NCBI GenBank assembly: GCA_038062675.1
Contig: JBBTWP010000001.1
Coordinates: 48,920-112,919, forward strand
Length of the DNA stretch: 64,000 nt
Direction: 5' to 3'
Source: Patescibacteria group bacterium
GTDB lineage: Bacteria; Patescibacteriota; Minisyncoccia; Phycocordibacterales; UBA1550
Shown: positions 42,896-52,569 of the stretch, one piece after another
Layout: every line of letters begins with the position of its first letter
Position numbering within the stretch: the stretch's first letter is position 1
The notes under the pieces: generated by a model
Database searches by the model: none
The model's input: the letters and a program-made list of their open reading frames with translations, nothing else
What the model was told of the DNA's origin: nothing
Made by a program: the position numbers and the translations under genes

Positions 42896-43240
42896 ATGGA
42901 ACACACGATTGACGCAACAGGAAAATCTGTAGGACGCATCGCCACCGAGGCGGCGTCGGTTCTCATGGGTAAAACCTCACCAACATTCCAGAGGAATTTG
43001 GTCGCCGATGTTCAGGTGGTTATTCAGAATGCATCAAAGGCAACAATTGCTCCCCGCAAAAGAAAGGAAGTTCACATGAAGCTCTATTCTGGTTACCCAG
43101 GAGGACTTAAAGAACGCACTATTGCTAAAACAATCGAAACAAAAGGCTACAGTGAGGTGTTTGTTCACGCAATCAGTCGCATGATTCCTCGCAATCGCCT
43201 TCACAAGGAGCGAATGAAACGTTTAATGGTTACTGAATAA
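42896..43240 (+). CDS. rplM: 50S ribosomal protein L13 (short form)
   Basis: IDATGKSVGRIA, YSGYPGGLK, MIPRNRL; start placed after rplQ. Confidence 0.93.
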   Translation: MEHTIDATGKSVGRIATEAASVLMGKTSPTFQRNLVADVQVVIQNASKATIAPRKRKEVHMKLYSGYPGGLKERTIAKTIETKGYSEVFVHAISRMIPRNRLHKERMKRLMVTE

Positions 43241-43241
43241 T

Positions 43242-43715
43242 ATGACTACTACCACAGAAAAAAAAATAAAAACGACAAGCGAGGCCGTAAAAACGCCTGC
43301 AGTCAAGGCAGTAAAGAAGGCGAGTGCTCGTTATATTGAAGCAGTAGGACGTCGTAAGACTTCTACGGCACGCGTACGTATAACTCCAGCAACAAAAGAA
43401 AGTGTCATCGTGAATAGCAAAACTGTTCCTGTTTATTTTCCTACCGCTGAAATGCAATTTATTGTGAATGATCCATTGGTTAAATCAAAAGTTGCAGAAA
43501 AATTTTTAATTACGGTAGTTGTTCGCGGAGGAGGAATCCACTCTCAAGCAGAAGCGTTTCGTCATGGACTTTCGCGTGCATTGGTCAAGTATGACGAGGA
43601 GACAAGAACTCGTTTAAAGAAACTTGGATTCTTGAAACGCGATCCTCGCATGAAAGAGCGCCGAAAGTTCGGTCTCAAAAAGGCCCGCAAGGCACCACAA
43701 TGGTCAAAGCGTTAA
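43242..43715 (+). CDS. rpsI: 30S ribosomal protein S9
   Basis: GRRKTSTARV, GGGIHSQA, ERRKFGLKKARKAPQWSKR. Confidence 0.97.
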   Translation: MTTTTEKKIKTTSEAVKTPAVKAVKKASARYIEAVGRRKTSTARVRITPATKESVIVNSKTVPVYFPTAEMQFIVNDPLVKSKVAEKFLITVVVRGGGIHSQAEAFRHGLSRALVKYDEETRTRLKKLGFLKRDPRMKERRKFGLKKARKAPQWSKR

Positions 43716-43813
43716 TTTACCCCCTACGCTCGACAATATCGAAAAAAAAGAGAAATTATCAAAAGTAGTTTCTCTTTTTTCGTGAGGCATGATACGATAA
43801 GAAATGAACTACT

Positions 43814-44461
43814 ATGAATGATACAAACGATGATTTTAAAGGAAAAACACTCTCAGAAGACGCTCAAAACAGCAATGTTGCACAACCGCTTGACACCATG
43901 ACAGATGGTATATATAGTGATGATGTGCAGTTTGAGTCAACCGATGAGAGTGGCGAAAACCAGGCGCTCGTTTTGAAGAAAATGCGTGAAAAACTTCACA
44001 CATGCGAGTCGGAAAAGAAGGAATATCTCGATGGTTGGCAACGCATGCGCGCTGATTTTGCAAACGCTCGCAAAGAAGAAGATGCACGGCGCGGAGACTT
44101 GATAAAATTTGCTTCAGAAGGGCTCGTGGAAGACATGCTCCCCATTCTCGACAGTTTTGGAATGGCATTTGCCAACAAAGAATCATGGGAAAAAGTTGAT
44201 GCAAATTGGCGCAAAGGAGTTGAGTATATTCACAGTCAACTTCTCTCAGTTCTTGAGTCTCGTGGGCTTGCTCCCATCGGCATGGTAGGGGAAAAAGTAG
44301 ATCCGCGATTGCACATTGCGATTGATGTCATTCCCACTAAAGACGAAAAACAAGAAGATGTAGTTGCAGAAGTTATACAAAAAGGATACCGGCTTCATAG
44401 CAAAGTTATTCGTCCCGCAAAAGTAAAAGTATTCGGACATCTTGAAAAAGATTCACAATAA
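43814..44461 (+). CDS. grpE: nucleotide exchange factor GrpE
   Basis: RMRADFAN, LPILD, DPRLHIAI, QKGYRL..VIRPAKV. Confidence 0.95.
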   Translation: MNDTNDDFKGKTLSEDAQNSNVAQPLDTMTDGIYSDDVQFESTDESGENQALVLKKMREKLHTCESEKKEYLDGWQRMRADFANARKEEDARRGDLIKFASEGLVEDMLPILDSFGMAFANKESWEKVDANWRKGVEYIHSQLLSVLESRGLAPIGMVGEKVDPRLHIAIDVIPTKDEKQEDVVAEVIQKGYRLHSKVIRPAKVKVFGHLEKDSQ

Positions 44462-44504
44462 TAAAGTCGAATTTTAATCATTTTAAACAATTACGAACAA
44501 ACAT

Positions 44505-46409
44505 ATGGCAAAAATTTTAGGCATTGATCTTGGCACAACAAACTCTGCAATGGCAATCATTGAGGGAGGTGAACCGCGCATTGTGGAGAATATTGAAGGA
44601 GTGCGCACTACACCATCCGTTATTACGGTTTCAAAGAGTGGAGAGCGTCTTGTGGGGCTCTTGGCGAAGCGTCAAGCAGTTACCAATCCAAAGAACACCT
44701 TGTATGGTGTGAAGCGTTTGATCGGCCACACCTTTGAAGACGATGGTGTGCAGCGCGATAAAAAGACTTCACCGTTTGCCATTGAGCGTTCGGAAGACGG
44801 TGGGGTGAAGGTAAAAATGGGGGACCGATTGTATCGCCCTGAGGAGATTTCTGCTATGGTGCTCCAGAAGCTCAAGCAAGATGCTGAGGCAAAGCTTGGC
44901 GAAAAAATTACCGAGGCGGTGATTACGGTACCTGCATATTTTAACGATTCTCAGCGCAAGGCAACAAAAGATGCTGGGCAGATTGCCGGTTTTGACGTAA
45001 AGCGCATCATCAACGAGCCTACTGCAGCGGCACTTGCATACGGTTTTAATAAAAAGAAAGATGAAAAGATTGTCGTCTATGACTTTGGTGGAGGAACGTT
45101 CGACGTTTCCGTGCTTGAGGTTGGTGATGATGTAATTGAAGTGAAGTCGACCGATGGTGATGTGCACATGGGCGGAGAAGACATTGATCAAAAAATCATT
45201 CGCTTTATTGCGGACGAATTTAAAAAGGAGTCCGGTATCGATGTTTCAAATGACATCATGGCCCTTCAGCGCCTCAAAGAAGCGGCAGAGAAAGCAAAGC
45301 ATGAGCTCTCGACTACTCTCGACGCGGAGATTAACATTCCGTTCATCACCTCAACAGCAGAAGGTCCTCAGCACTTACAGCTTAAAATGTCGCGCACTAA
45401 ACTCGAAGAACTCGCGCGTGAGTATATAGACAAATCAATCGAGATCACCAAGCGTGCTCTCGCGGCGTCACCGTTCAAAAAAGAAGACATCAATGAAATC
45501 ATCATGGTGGGTGGACAGACGCGCATGCCGGCGATTGTTAACGCTGTAAAAGAACTCTTCGGCAAGGAGCCTAATCGCTCAATCAATCCGGACGAAGTGG
45601 TGGCTATTGGTGCGGCTATTCAAGCAGGTATTCTTCAGGGAGACGTAAAGGATGTGTTGCTCTTGGATGTTATCCCACTTTCTCTCGGCATTGAAACATT
45701 TGGCAATGTGGCAACTAAACTTATTGAAAAAAATACAACAATCCCTGCGTCGCGTTCGCAAGTTTTCTCTACAGCTTCTGACAATCAAACTTCTGTTGAA
45801 ATTCATGTGGTGCAAGGCGAGCGTCCTATGGCACCCGACAACAAATCTCTCGGACGATTCATTCTTGATGGCATTCCGCCATCTCCGCGTGGACTTCCGC
45901 AAGTGGAAGTTACCTTTGATGTGGACGCAAACGGTATTCTTCAGGTGAAAGCAAAAGAAAAAACAACCGGCAAGGAACAGTCTATTCGTATCGAGGCAAG
46001 TTCGGGCTTGACCAAGGACGACATTGCGCGCATGCAAAAAGAAGCTGAGATGAATGCGGCAGAGGATGCAAAGAAGCGCGATGCAGCTGAAGTGAAGAAT
46101 ACTCTTGAGCAACTTGTGTATACCGCAGAAAAATCATTGCGCGATGGTGGCGATAAAGTTCCTGCTGATATTAAAACTGCAGTTGAAGGAAAGCTTGCGC
46201 TTGCAAAGACGGCAAGTGTCGGTTCAAACATTGAAGAAATGAAAAAAGCATCCGGTGAACTTTCAGCTGAACTTCAAAAGATTGGCGAGGCGATGATGAA
46301 AAACCAAGAAGCGCCAAAAGAGGGCACGCAAGGTGCGCCTGAAGCGAAGGATGGTGAAGGAACCGTGCGTGATGCAAACTACACAGAGGGGGAGGAGGGG
46401 AAAAAGTAG
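44505..46409 (+). CDS. dnaK: molecular chaperone DnaK
   Basis: [38 protein letters not shown]. Confidence 0.98.
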   Translation: MAKILGIDLGTTNSAMAIIEGGEPRIVENIEGVRTTPSVITVSKSGERLVGLLAKRQAVTNPKNTLYGVKRLIGHTFEDDGVQRDKKTSPFAIERSEDGGVKVKMGDRLYRPEEISAMVLQKLKQDAEAKLGEKITEAVITVPAYFNDSQRKATKDAGQIAGFDVKRIINEPTAAALAYGFNKKKDEKIVVYDFGGGTFDVSVLEVGDDVIEVKSTDGDVHMGGEDIDQKIIRFIADEFKKESGIDVSNDIMALQRLKEAAEKAKHELSTTLDAEINIPFITSTAEGPQHLQLKMSRTKLEELAREYIDKSIEITKRALAASPFKKEDINEIIMVGGQTRMPAIVNAVKELFGKEPNRSINPDEVVAIGAAIQAGILQGDVKDVLLLDVIPLSLGIETFGNVATKLIEKNTTIPASRSQVFSTASDNQTSVEIHVVQGERPMAPDNKSLGRFILDGIPPSPRGLPQVEVTFDVDANGILQVKAKEKTTGKEQSIRIEASSGLTKDDIARMQKEAEMNAAEDAKKRDAAEVKNTLEQLVYTAEKSLRDGGDKVPADIKTAVEGKLALAKTASVGSNIEEMKKASGELSAELQKIGEAMMKNQEAPKEGTQGAPEAKDGEGTVRDANYTEGEEGKK

Positions 46410-46416
46410 GACGCTC

Positions 46417-46511
46417 GGCTCGTTTGGTTTGAAATGCACGCATAATTTTTTGCTAAAAATTTGCTCTGCTCGCGCCGTCGCGCTGTGCAAGGCATTTCAA
46501 ACCAAAGAGCC
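46417..46511. repeat. long inverted repeat between dnaK and dnaJ
   Basis: GGCTC(G)TTTGGTTTGAAATGC ... GCATTTCAAACCAAAGAGCC. Confidence 0.75.
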
Positions 46512-46553
46512 TCGCTTTAAGGTTGGATACACAGGAAACCTCCGAACACTGAA

Positions 46554-47630
46554 ATGGCAAAAGATTATTACAAAATATTGGGGGTAGATAAAAAGGCAAG
46601 CGCGGACGAAATTAAAAAAGCGTTCCGTAAGCTCGCGCACCAGCATCACCCCGACAAAGGGGGTGATGAGAAGAAGTTCAAGGAAGCCAGCGAAGCGTAC
46701 CAAGTGCTCTCGGACGACAAAAAGCGTGCCTCGTATGATACGTATGGAGAAGCGGGGGCGCAAGGGTTTGGTGGGCACGGAGGAGGGCAGGGTTTCGATC
46801 CTTCAGGCTTCGGTGGTTTTAACACGCAGGGGTTTAGTGGCGATATTGACCTCAATGACATTTTCGGAGAGTTTTTTGGCGGTGGACGCCGAACGGCTCC
46901 TGAAAAGCGTCGTGGGCGAGATGTTTCTGTTGACCTTGAAGTTTCTTTTTCCGAAGCAATTTTCGGCGTGAAGCGCAAGGTGCTCATCACCAAAACTTCT
47001 TCTTGCACCACGTGTGATGGTACGGGCGCAAAGAGTGGTACTCCAATGAAGACCTGCGCCACCTGTGAAGGAAAGGGGAGTATTGAGGAAACAAAACGTT
47101 CGTTCTTGGGCGTCTTTTCACAAACACGCGAATGTTCGACATGTGCTGGTGTGGGGAAAATCCCTGAACAAAAATGTGCGGAATGCAAAGGACATGGCGT
47201 GCTTCGTCGTGAGAGTGAGCTTACCATTGAAATTCCAGCAGGTATCCAACATGGAGAGATGGTGCGCCTTTCTGGCGCGGGGGAGGCGATACAGAATGGA
47301 ACTTCGGGTGACTTGTATGTGAGAATCCGTGTCGCCCCACACAAAGTATTCCATCGTGAGGGACAAAATCTCGTTATGCATCTTTCAGTGAAATTCACTG
47401 ACGCTATTTTGGGCGCCGAATATCCAATAGAAACATTGGACGGCAAAATAGATTTGTCGATTCCGAAAGGGGTGTCGTCGGGTGAGGTTCTGCGTGTGCG
47501 CGGCAAGGGGGTGCCCATGGGCGCCAAGCATCGTGGTGACCTCCTCATAAAACTTGAAATAAAAACCCCCACCAAACTTTCCCGCCAAGCACTCAAGCTT
47601 GTTGAGGGGTTGAGAGGGGAGGGGGTGTAG
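46554..47630 (+). CDS. dnaJ: molecular chaperone DnaJ
   Basis: HPD J-domain, G/F region, four CxxCxGxG. Confidence 0.97.
   Translation: MAKDYYKILGVDKKASADEIKKAFRKLAHQHHPDKGGDEKKFKEASEAYQVLSDDKKRASYDTYGEAGAQGFGGHGGGQGFDPSGFGGFNTQGFSGDIDLNDIFGEFFGGGRRTAPEKRRGRDVSVDLEVSFSEAIFGVKRKVLITKTSSCTTCDGTGAKSGTPMKTCATCEGKGSIEETKRSFLGVFSQTRECSTCAGVGKIPEQKCAECKGHGVLRRESELTIEIPAGIQHGEMVRLSGAGEAIQNGTSGDLYVRIRVAPHKVFHREGQNLVMHLSVKFTDAILGAEYPIETLDGKIDLSIPKGVSSGEVLRVRGKGVPMGAKHRGDLLIKLEIKTPTKLSRQALKLVEGLRGEGV
47274..47630 (+). repeat. direct repeat copy 1 (dnaJ 3' 357 bp)
   Basis: matches 53536-53892. Confidence 0.95.
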
Positions 47631-47643
47631 GGGAACTAATGTT

Positions 47644-48711
47644 ATGGTAAAAAATTATGCACTTAAGTGGATTAAAGATATGACACCATACTCCCCTCCG
47701 CTGGGCGGTAGGTTGAATTTTTCTGGCGACTTACTTGATTTTAATGAGAGAGTGACGACGCCGTCAAAAAAAGTAACAACAGCACTCATCGCATTTTTTC
47801 GCAAAGGAAAGATACAGAGGTACCCAGAATATGCTGATTTGCAAGAGAAGATTTCTAAATATGCAAAGGTGCTTGCAAATCAGGTAATGATTACAAACGG
47901 TTCTGACCACGGCATTGACGTTATTTTTCGGACTTTTGTTGGTAAAAATGACACCATTGTAATACCTGCGCCAACTTTCCCAATGTTTATGCAGTACGCA
48001 CAGATGATAGGGTGTCGAGTTGCAAAAGTTCCCTACGAGAAAATAGACTTCAAGTTTCCCGCGGCAGAAATTCTTCAATTGCTTAAAAACAAGAATCCCA
48101 AGCTTATTATTATCTGTAATCCAAATAATCCAACAGGCAGTGTTATTTCAATGAAAGATATTGAGGTAATCGTACTAAAGGCTCCTGATTCGATTTTTAT
48201 GATAGACGAGGCATACTTTGAGTTTTCGGGGATAAGCGCAACCTCGCTTCTTAAGAAATTCCCGAACATCGTCATCGTCAGAACTTTCTCCAAGGCTTTT
48301 GGGCTTGCATCACTACGTATAGGATATGTTATCGCCAGCGAGCAACACATTGAAGAGATGATGAAAGTTCGTGGGCCATACGCCGTAAACATGGCTGCAC
48401 ATATTGCAGCAAATGCCGCGCTTGATGATATTGAGGATATGAAAATGTATGTGCAAGAAGTAATGACAAAAGCAAAACCTCTTCTCGAAACATTTTTCAA
48501 AAAAAATAGTATTCCATTTTATAAATCTGGAGCAAATTTTATACTCTTCGAACCCAAAAATAAACAAGAAGTATATGAGCATTTTAAAAAGAACGATATC
48601 TTAGTTCGCCCACAGCGCGCCCCAGAGATACAAGACATGCTTCGCGTGAGTATTGGAACCGTTAAGCAGATGAACCGATTTATTAAGGTATATTCACAAT
48701 TATTGGGTTAG
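47644..48711 (+). CDS. HisC-like class I/II PLP aminotransferase
   Basis: ITNGSD, ICNPNNPTG, IDEAYFEF, RTFSKAFGLASLRIGY (PLP Lys). Confidence 0.9.
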   Translation: MVKNYALKWIKDMTPYSPPLGGRLNFSGDLLDFNERVTTPSKKVTTALIAFFRKGKIQRYPEYADLQEKISKYAKVLANQVMITNGSDHGIDVIFRTFVGKNDTIVIPAPTFPMFMQYAQMIGCRVAKVPYEKIDFKFPAAEILQLLKNKNPKLIIICNPNNPTGSVISMKDIEVIVLKAPDSIFMIDEAYFEFSGISATSLLKKFPNIVIVRTFSKAFGLASLRIGYVIASEQHIEEMMKVRGPYAVNMAAHIAANAALDDIEDMKMYVQEVMTKAKPLLETFFKKNSIPFYKSGANFILFEPKNKQEVYEHFKKNDILVRPQRAPEIQDMLRVSIGTVKQMNRFIKVYSQLLG

Positions 48712-48734
48712 AAAAATCGCTAACGAATGGGCAC

Positions 48735-48764
48735 TTGACAAGTAGCCGCATAAAAAGGTATGCT
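48735..48764 (+). promoter_or_regulatory. sigma70 promoter of Tyr-rich leader
   Basis: TTGACA-18-TATGCT with ATG 6 nt downstream. Confidence 0.65.
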
Positions 48765-48770
48765 CTTTAC

Positions 48771-48836
48771 ATGGTAGTAGCGCTCAAAAGCATCTTTGTC
48801 GGATATTCATATAGCTATTATAGCTCACGCAGATGA
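48771..48836 (+). CDS. Tyr-rich leader peptide MVVALKSIFVGYSYSYYSSRR
   Basis: translated by hand; 4 TAT codons in 6 codons; followed by terminator/antiterminator. Confidence 0.7.
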   Translation: MVVALKSIFVGYSYSYYSSRR

Positions 48837-48908
48837 GACTTGTTTAAGGTGCTGAAAAAATAATTTCAACCTCTCAAACTGGCCTCATCCGAGGCCAGTT
48901 TGTTCTTT
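48832..48908 (+). promoter_or_regulatory. transcription attenuator (antiterminator/terminator)
   Basis: terminator CAAACTGGCCTC-ATCC-GAGGCCAGTTTG-TTCTTT; 48832-48845 GATGAGACTTGTTT can pair with 48876-48889. Confidence 0.7.
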
Positions 48909-48948
48909 ATACGATTAAAATCGGATTATAATTTATAGGAGGTGTGCC

Positions 48949-49641
48949 ATGTTTGTTGCGAACTCTCTTGATGGAGGTATTTGCAAAATATCAGATTGGT
49001 CCGAGCAGCTGGCTACGCTTACTCGGACTGCCTGGACAGGTAAAGATGGTAAATGTTATTTTCCTTACCTACCCCTTACTACAAAGGAACATTGGGAACA
49101 ATCTGTGCTTAAGCAATGGGAAAGTAATGAGATGGTTTCATGGGTTCTAGTTTCAGGCCATGGGCGAATCCTTGCTCACGTGGCTGTTGTTAAAAGGCAC
49201 GGATATCACGAGCTCGGTAGGTTTGTTGCTTATCCTGATAGTCCTAAAAATGCAGTCACCAGTCTTTGTTATGAAGCGATGAGCTACGTTTCAGTTATTG
49301 GAGACCCCGTACTTGTTGAAACGACTCAGGCTCACACTGCTTCGCAATTTATTTGCGAGAAGATTGGGCTCAGATTTGCGGGCATTGGATTTCTTTCCGT
49401 TGTTGATGATATATCGTGGGACATAATTTACTACGATAATCTCGATGTTGAAGATTTTGTTCCGCAAGAAGGTATTCTCGGGGACCCCCTCCGTAAACCA
49501 GTTGTTCGTCTACCAGAGCATAAAGACAGACTTGAGATAGTTCGCGGAATTCTTTCTTGTGAGCAGGGTGGAGATATTCCACCATCAAAATTTCATGTCT
49601 TGCCACATCGACTTGAAGTAGTTCGATTAATCGTTAGTTAA
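48949..49641 (+). CDS. GNAT-fold-like protein
   Basis: AGGAGG SD; GRILAHVAV..ELGRFVAYP..SQFICEKIGLRFAG resembles GNAT motifs A/B. Confidence 0.6.
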   Translation: MFVANSLDGGICKISDWSEQLATLTRTAWTGKDGKCYFPYLPLTTKEHWEQSVLKQWESNEMVSWVLVSGHGRILAHVAVVKRHGYHELGRFVAYPDSPKNAVTSLCYEAMSYVSVIGDPVLVETTQAHTASQFICEKIGLRFAGIGFLSVVDDISWDIIYYDNLDVEDFVPQEGILGDPLRKPVVRLPEHKDRLEIVRGILSCEQGGDIPPSKFHVLPHRLEVVRLIVS

Positions 49642-49668
49642 CTTGTTTTTTGGGTTAAAATATAGTAT

Positions 49669-49703
49669 AATAGCATGGAGATTCAAATCTCCATGCTATT
49701 TTT
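49669..49703 (+). terminator. perfect hairpin overlapping the next promoter
   Basis: AATAGCATGGAGATT-CA-AATCTCCATGCTATT plus TTT; TATAAT at 49666-49671. Confidence 0.65.
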
Positions 49704-50639
49704 ATGACAGAAATTGAAGAATTATTGATTGAGCTTGTAAAGATACCATCTGTCTCTGGGCAGGAGAAAAAGGTCGGTGACTTTATTATTTCACAATTAG
49801 CTGATATAAAAGGTCTGAAAATTCAAAAACAGAAAGTTAGCAAGGATAGATTTAATTTAGTTGTTAAAAAGGGCAAGTCAAAAAAATGGCTAGTTGCTCA
49901 CATGGATACAGTTCCAGGAAACTTGCCTTGTCGTATAACAAAAGACAAAATATTTGGACGTGGTGCTTGTGACAATAAGCAAAGCATCGCTGCCTCCATT
50001 ATCCTTGCCCGCCAACTAGAAAATATTAATATTCTTTTTACGGTCGGAGAAGAGGTTGATTTTTCAGGAGCACAGAAGGCTTTCGAGAAAAGAACATGTG
50101 GAGACGCTGAGCTCGTAGTTGTGCAAGAACCTACTTGCTTCAAGATAATTACTGGTCAATGTGGCGTTATAGCTTTTTCAATTGAAACTACTGGACGAGA
50201 GCAACATTCGAGTCTGGATAAACCAAATAATGCTATTCATAAACTTTCTGAAGTTCTTTCCACCTTAATCAAGAAAAACTGGGCGGCTTTTAATATAGGA
50301 ATAATAGGAGGAGGGATTGCAGAAAATGTTGTTGCTGGTAGTGCTCGTGCGATGATCTCAGTTCGACCTCGTGATGCAAAAGAGCAAAAAGAAATTATGT
50401 TTGAACTAAAACGGCTACCTGCAAAAGTTGTTATTAATAAAAATATTCCCTCTTTTCGTTGTAATCTAGGTTATCCAGAGGCAATAGCCACTCATTTCTC
50501 TGAAATGGGATTTTTCAAGAATAGTATCCAATTTGGTGCTGGTGATATTCGGAATGCGCACACACAACAAGAATATATTCTGCGAAAAGATTTAAATATT
50601 TTACCAAAAAAATTATTAGAAATTTTATCGCGTCATTGA
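49704..50639 (+). CDS. M20 family metallo-hydrolase (ArgE/DapE-like)
   Basis: AHMDTV, GRGACDNK, GEE, QEPT, AHT. Confidence 0.88.
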   Translation: MTEIEELLIELVKIPSVSGQEKKVGDFIISQLADIKGLKIQKQKVSKDRFNLVVKKGKSKKWLVAHMDTVPGNLPCRITKDKIFGRGACDNKQSIAASIILARQLENINILFTVGEEVDFSGAQKAFEKRTCGDAELVVVQEPTCFKIITGQCGVIAFSIETTGREQHSSLDKPNNAIHKLSEVLSTLIKKNWAAFNIGIIGGGIAENVVAGSARAMISVRPRDAKEQKEIMFELKRLPAKVVINKNIPSFRCNLGYPEAIATHFSEMGFFKNSIQFGAGDIRNAHTQQEYILRKDLNILPKKLLEILSRH

Positions 50640-50711
50640 CAAGTTCGTCATAAAATGTGAGGATAGCAGGGTGTTAAGGGTCAGTTCGTTAATGTTTTTA
50701 AGGAGATAAGC

Positions 50712-51146
50712 ATGAAGGTATTATTTATTTGCAAAAATAATCAATTCCGTAGCCAAATGGCTGCGTCAATATACAATCAGATAACGGGAACGGAAGATGC
50801 CGATTCTGCTGGTACATATGTCGGTTCTGTTGCTGTGCCAGAGGGGACTGTTATTGAGGGTTACTTTCGCACCCCCGACTTCTTTGAACTTATGGAGGAG
50901 AATGGGATGAACATAAGGGGCAATCGTACAAAAAAGCTTTTACCCGAAATGATCGAAAGTGCCAGCATTGTTGTTTCGATTGTGCAAGAACCGTTTATTC
51001 CAGATTTTCTACGTAACAATGAAAAAGTAATATGGTGGGGAATAGCCGATCCTTCCTTTGCTACACGCGAGGTCTCAGAAAAAACATACAGTGAGATAAA
51101 AAGCTTGGTTGAACAACTCGTTTCATCTGAGGGTGCGAGTCTCTAA
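50712..51146 (+). CDS. LMW protein-tyrosine phosphatase/ArsC-like protein
   Basis: VLFICKNNQFRSQMA (CX5R), DSAGT, IADP. Confidence 0.85.
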   Translation: MKVLFICKNNQFRSQMAASIYNQITGTEDADSAGTYVGSVAVPEGTVIEGYFRTPDFFELMEENGMNIRGNRTKKLLPEMIESASIVVSIVQEPFIPDFLRNNEKVIWWGIADPSFATREVSEKTYSEIKSLVEQLVSSEGASL

Positions 51147-51312
51147 TAAAAACGCGGAATATTTCCGAAGTTCTTTTCAGAAGCCAGCAGAAATGCTGGT
51201 TTCTTTTTATACATTGGAGCCAAAATTTTACCTATTGACAAGTTGAACATAAAATGTGAGTATTGCGTAGGAGTCGGAGTTATTTTAAGCAATGTTTTTA
51301 AAGGAGATAGAC

Positions 51313-52560
51313 ATGAAGAAACTTGATATATTCGACAATTTAGTAGGTCGTGGCTTTGTAAAACAGTGTTCAAACGAGACTGCTTTACGCGAGCTGTTCG
51401 GTAAAGGACCGTTGGTCTTTTACGCTGGATTTGATCCAACAGCCGACAGTCTTCATGTGGGCAGTTTGGTTCCAATAATGGCGATGGCCCACATCCAGAG
51501 AGCTGGGCATACTCCGATATGTATTGTTGGGGGAGGCACGGCATTAATTGGTGACCCAAGCGGCAAAACAGAAACACGTCGCATGTTGACCGTAAATGAG
51601 ATCGACCACAACAAGGAAGGTCTCTTTGGGCAACTGCAGCGGTACTTGTCGTTTGGCGAAGGGAAAGGAATGATACTCAATAATGCCGACTGGCTTGTTG
51701 GGTTGAAATATATCGAATTCCTTCGAGACATTGGCCGTTACTTTAAGGTGAATGAAATGATACGAGTAGAATCGTATCGCCTTCGTCTTGAACGGCAGGA
51801 AGGATTGTCGTTTATCGAGTTTAACTATCAGCTACTTCAAGCGTATGACTTTTTGGAACTTCATGATCGTTACGGTTGTGTGTTGCAGATTGGCGGTGAC
51901 GATCAATGGGGGAATATGGTCGCTGGTACTGGGTTAATTCGGCAAGTTCGAAAGGCCGAGGCTCATGTTTTGACCTTCCCATTGCTTGAAACAGCAAACG
52001 GAAGGAAAATGGGCAAGACTGAGAATGGCACCATTTGGCTTGATGCAACAAAAACTGCGCCATATGACTTTTATCAGTACTGGAGAAATACTGATGACCG
52101 GGATGTAATTAAGTTTTTAAAGCTTTTTACGTTCTTGTCCTCGGAGGAAATAAGTCAGTACGAGAAGTTGAGTGGTGCGGAGCTTAAGCCCGCAAAAGAG
52201 CGCCTTGCATTTGAGGCTACAAAAATTACCCATGGAGAGCAGGCAGCAAAGGATTCAGCAGAGGCTGCTTCTCAGTTATTCGGTAATTCTAGTGGTTTGA
52301 ATTCAAACGCGGTGCCAACTGTTGAAATTAGGCAAGCCGTTCTTGCTCAGGGTGTCTCTGTTCCTGACTTGTTCAGGCTTGCTGGGCTAGTAAAAGGTAC
52401 TTCTGAGGCTCGGCGCCTTGCAGACCAAGGAGGTGCTTATGTTAATGAAAAGCGCGTTACGTCTGATCAGATGTTCTATAAATCTGATATGGTTGATGGT
52501 GTGCTACTTCTCCGACAAGGGAAAAAGCACTACTGTCGTGTGGTACTAGCTCTTGAATAG
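51313..52560 (+). CDS. tyrS: tyrosine--tRNA ligase
   Basis: YAGFDPTADSLHVGS, YQLLQAYD, GGDDQWGN, KMGKT, S4-like C-terminus; AAGGAG SD. Confidence 0.95.
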   Translation: MKKLDIFDNLVGRGFVKQCSNETALRELFGKGPLVFYAGFDPTADSLHVGSLVPIMAMAHIQRAGHTPICIVGGGTALIGDPSGKTETRRMLTVNEIDHNKEGLFGQLQRYLSFGEGKGMILNNADWLVGLKYIEFLRDIGRYFKVNEMIRVESYRLRLERQEGLSFIEFNYQLLQAYDFLELHDRYGCVLQIGGDDQWGNMVAGTGLIRQVRKAEAHVLTFPLLETANGRKMGKTENGTIWLDATKTAPYDFYQYWRNTDDRDVIKFLKLFTFLSSEEISQYEKLSGAELKPAKERLAFEATKITHGEQAAKDSAEAASQLFGNSSGLNSNAVPTVEIRQAVLAQGVSVPDLFRLAGLVKGTSEARRLADQGGAYVNEKRVTSDQMFYKSDMVDGVLLLRQGKKHYCRVVLALE

Positions 52561-52569
52561 AGGTGCCAA

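Noticed and set aside
43716-43813. CIRCE operator before grpE-dnaK-dnaJ
   Set aside because: No TTAGCACTC-N9-GAGTGCTAA seen and no hrcA in the window.
46646-47596. 316-aa antisense ORF, and similar long shadow ORFs opposite atpA, alaS and dnaB
   Set aside because: They lie fully opposite well-supported genes and show no recognisable motifs.
47644-48711. Histidine biosynthesis operon (hisC)
   Set aside because: No other his genes are present and the context points to aromatic amino acid transamination, so the symbol is withheld.
51147-51312. T-box riboswitch upstream of tyrS
   Set aside because: The spacer is too short and lacks a GGTGGNACCGCG T-box; only a terminator and promoter are seen.
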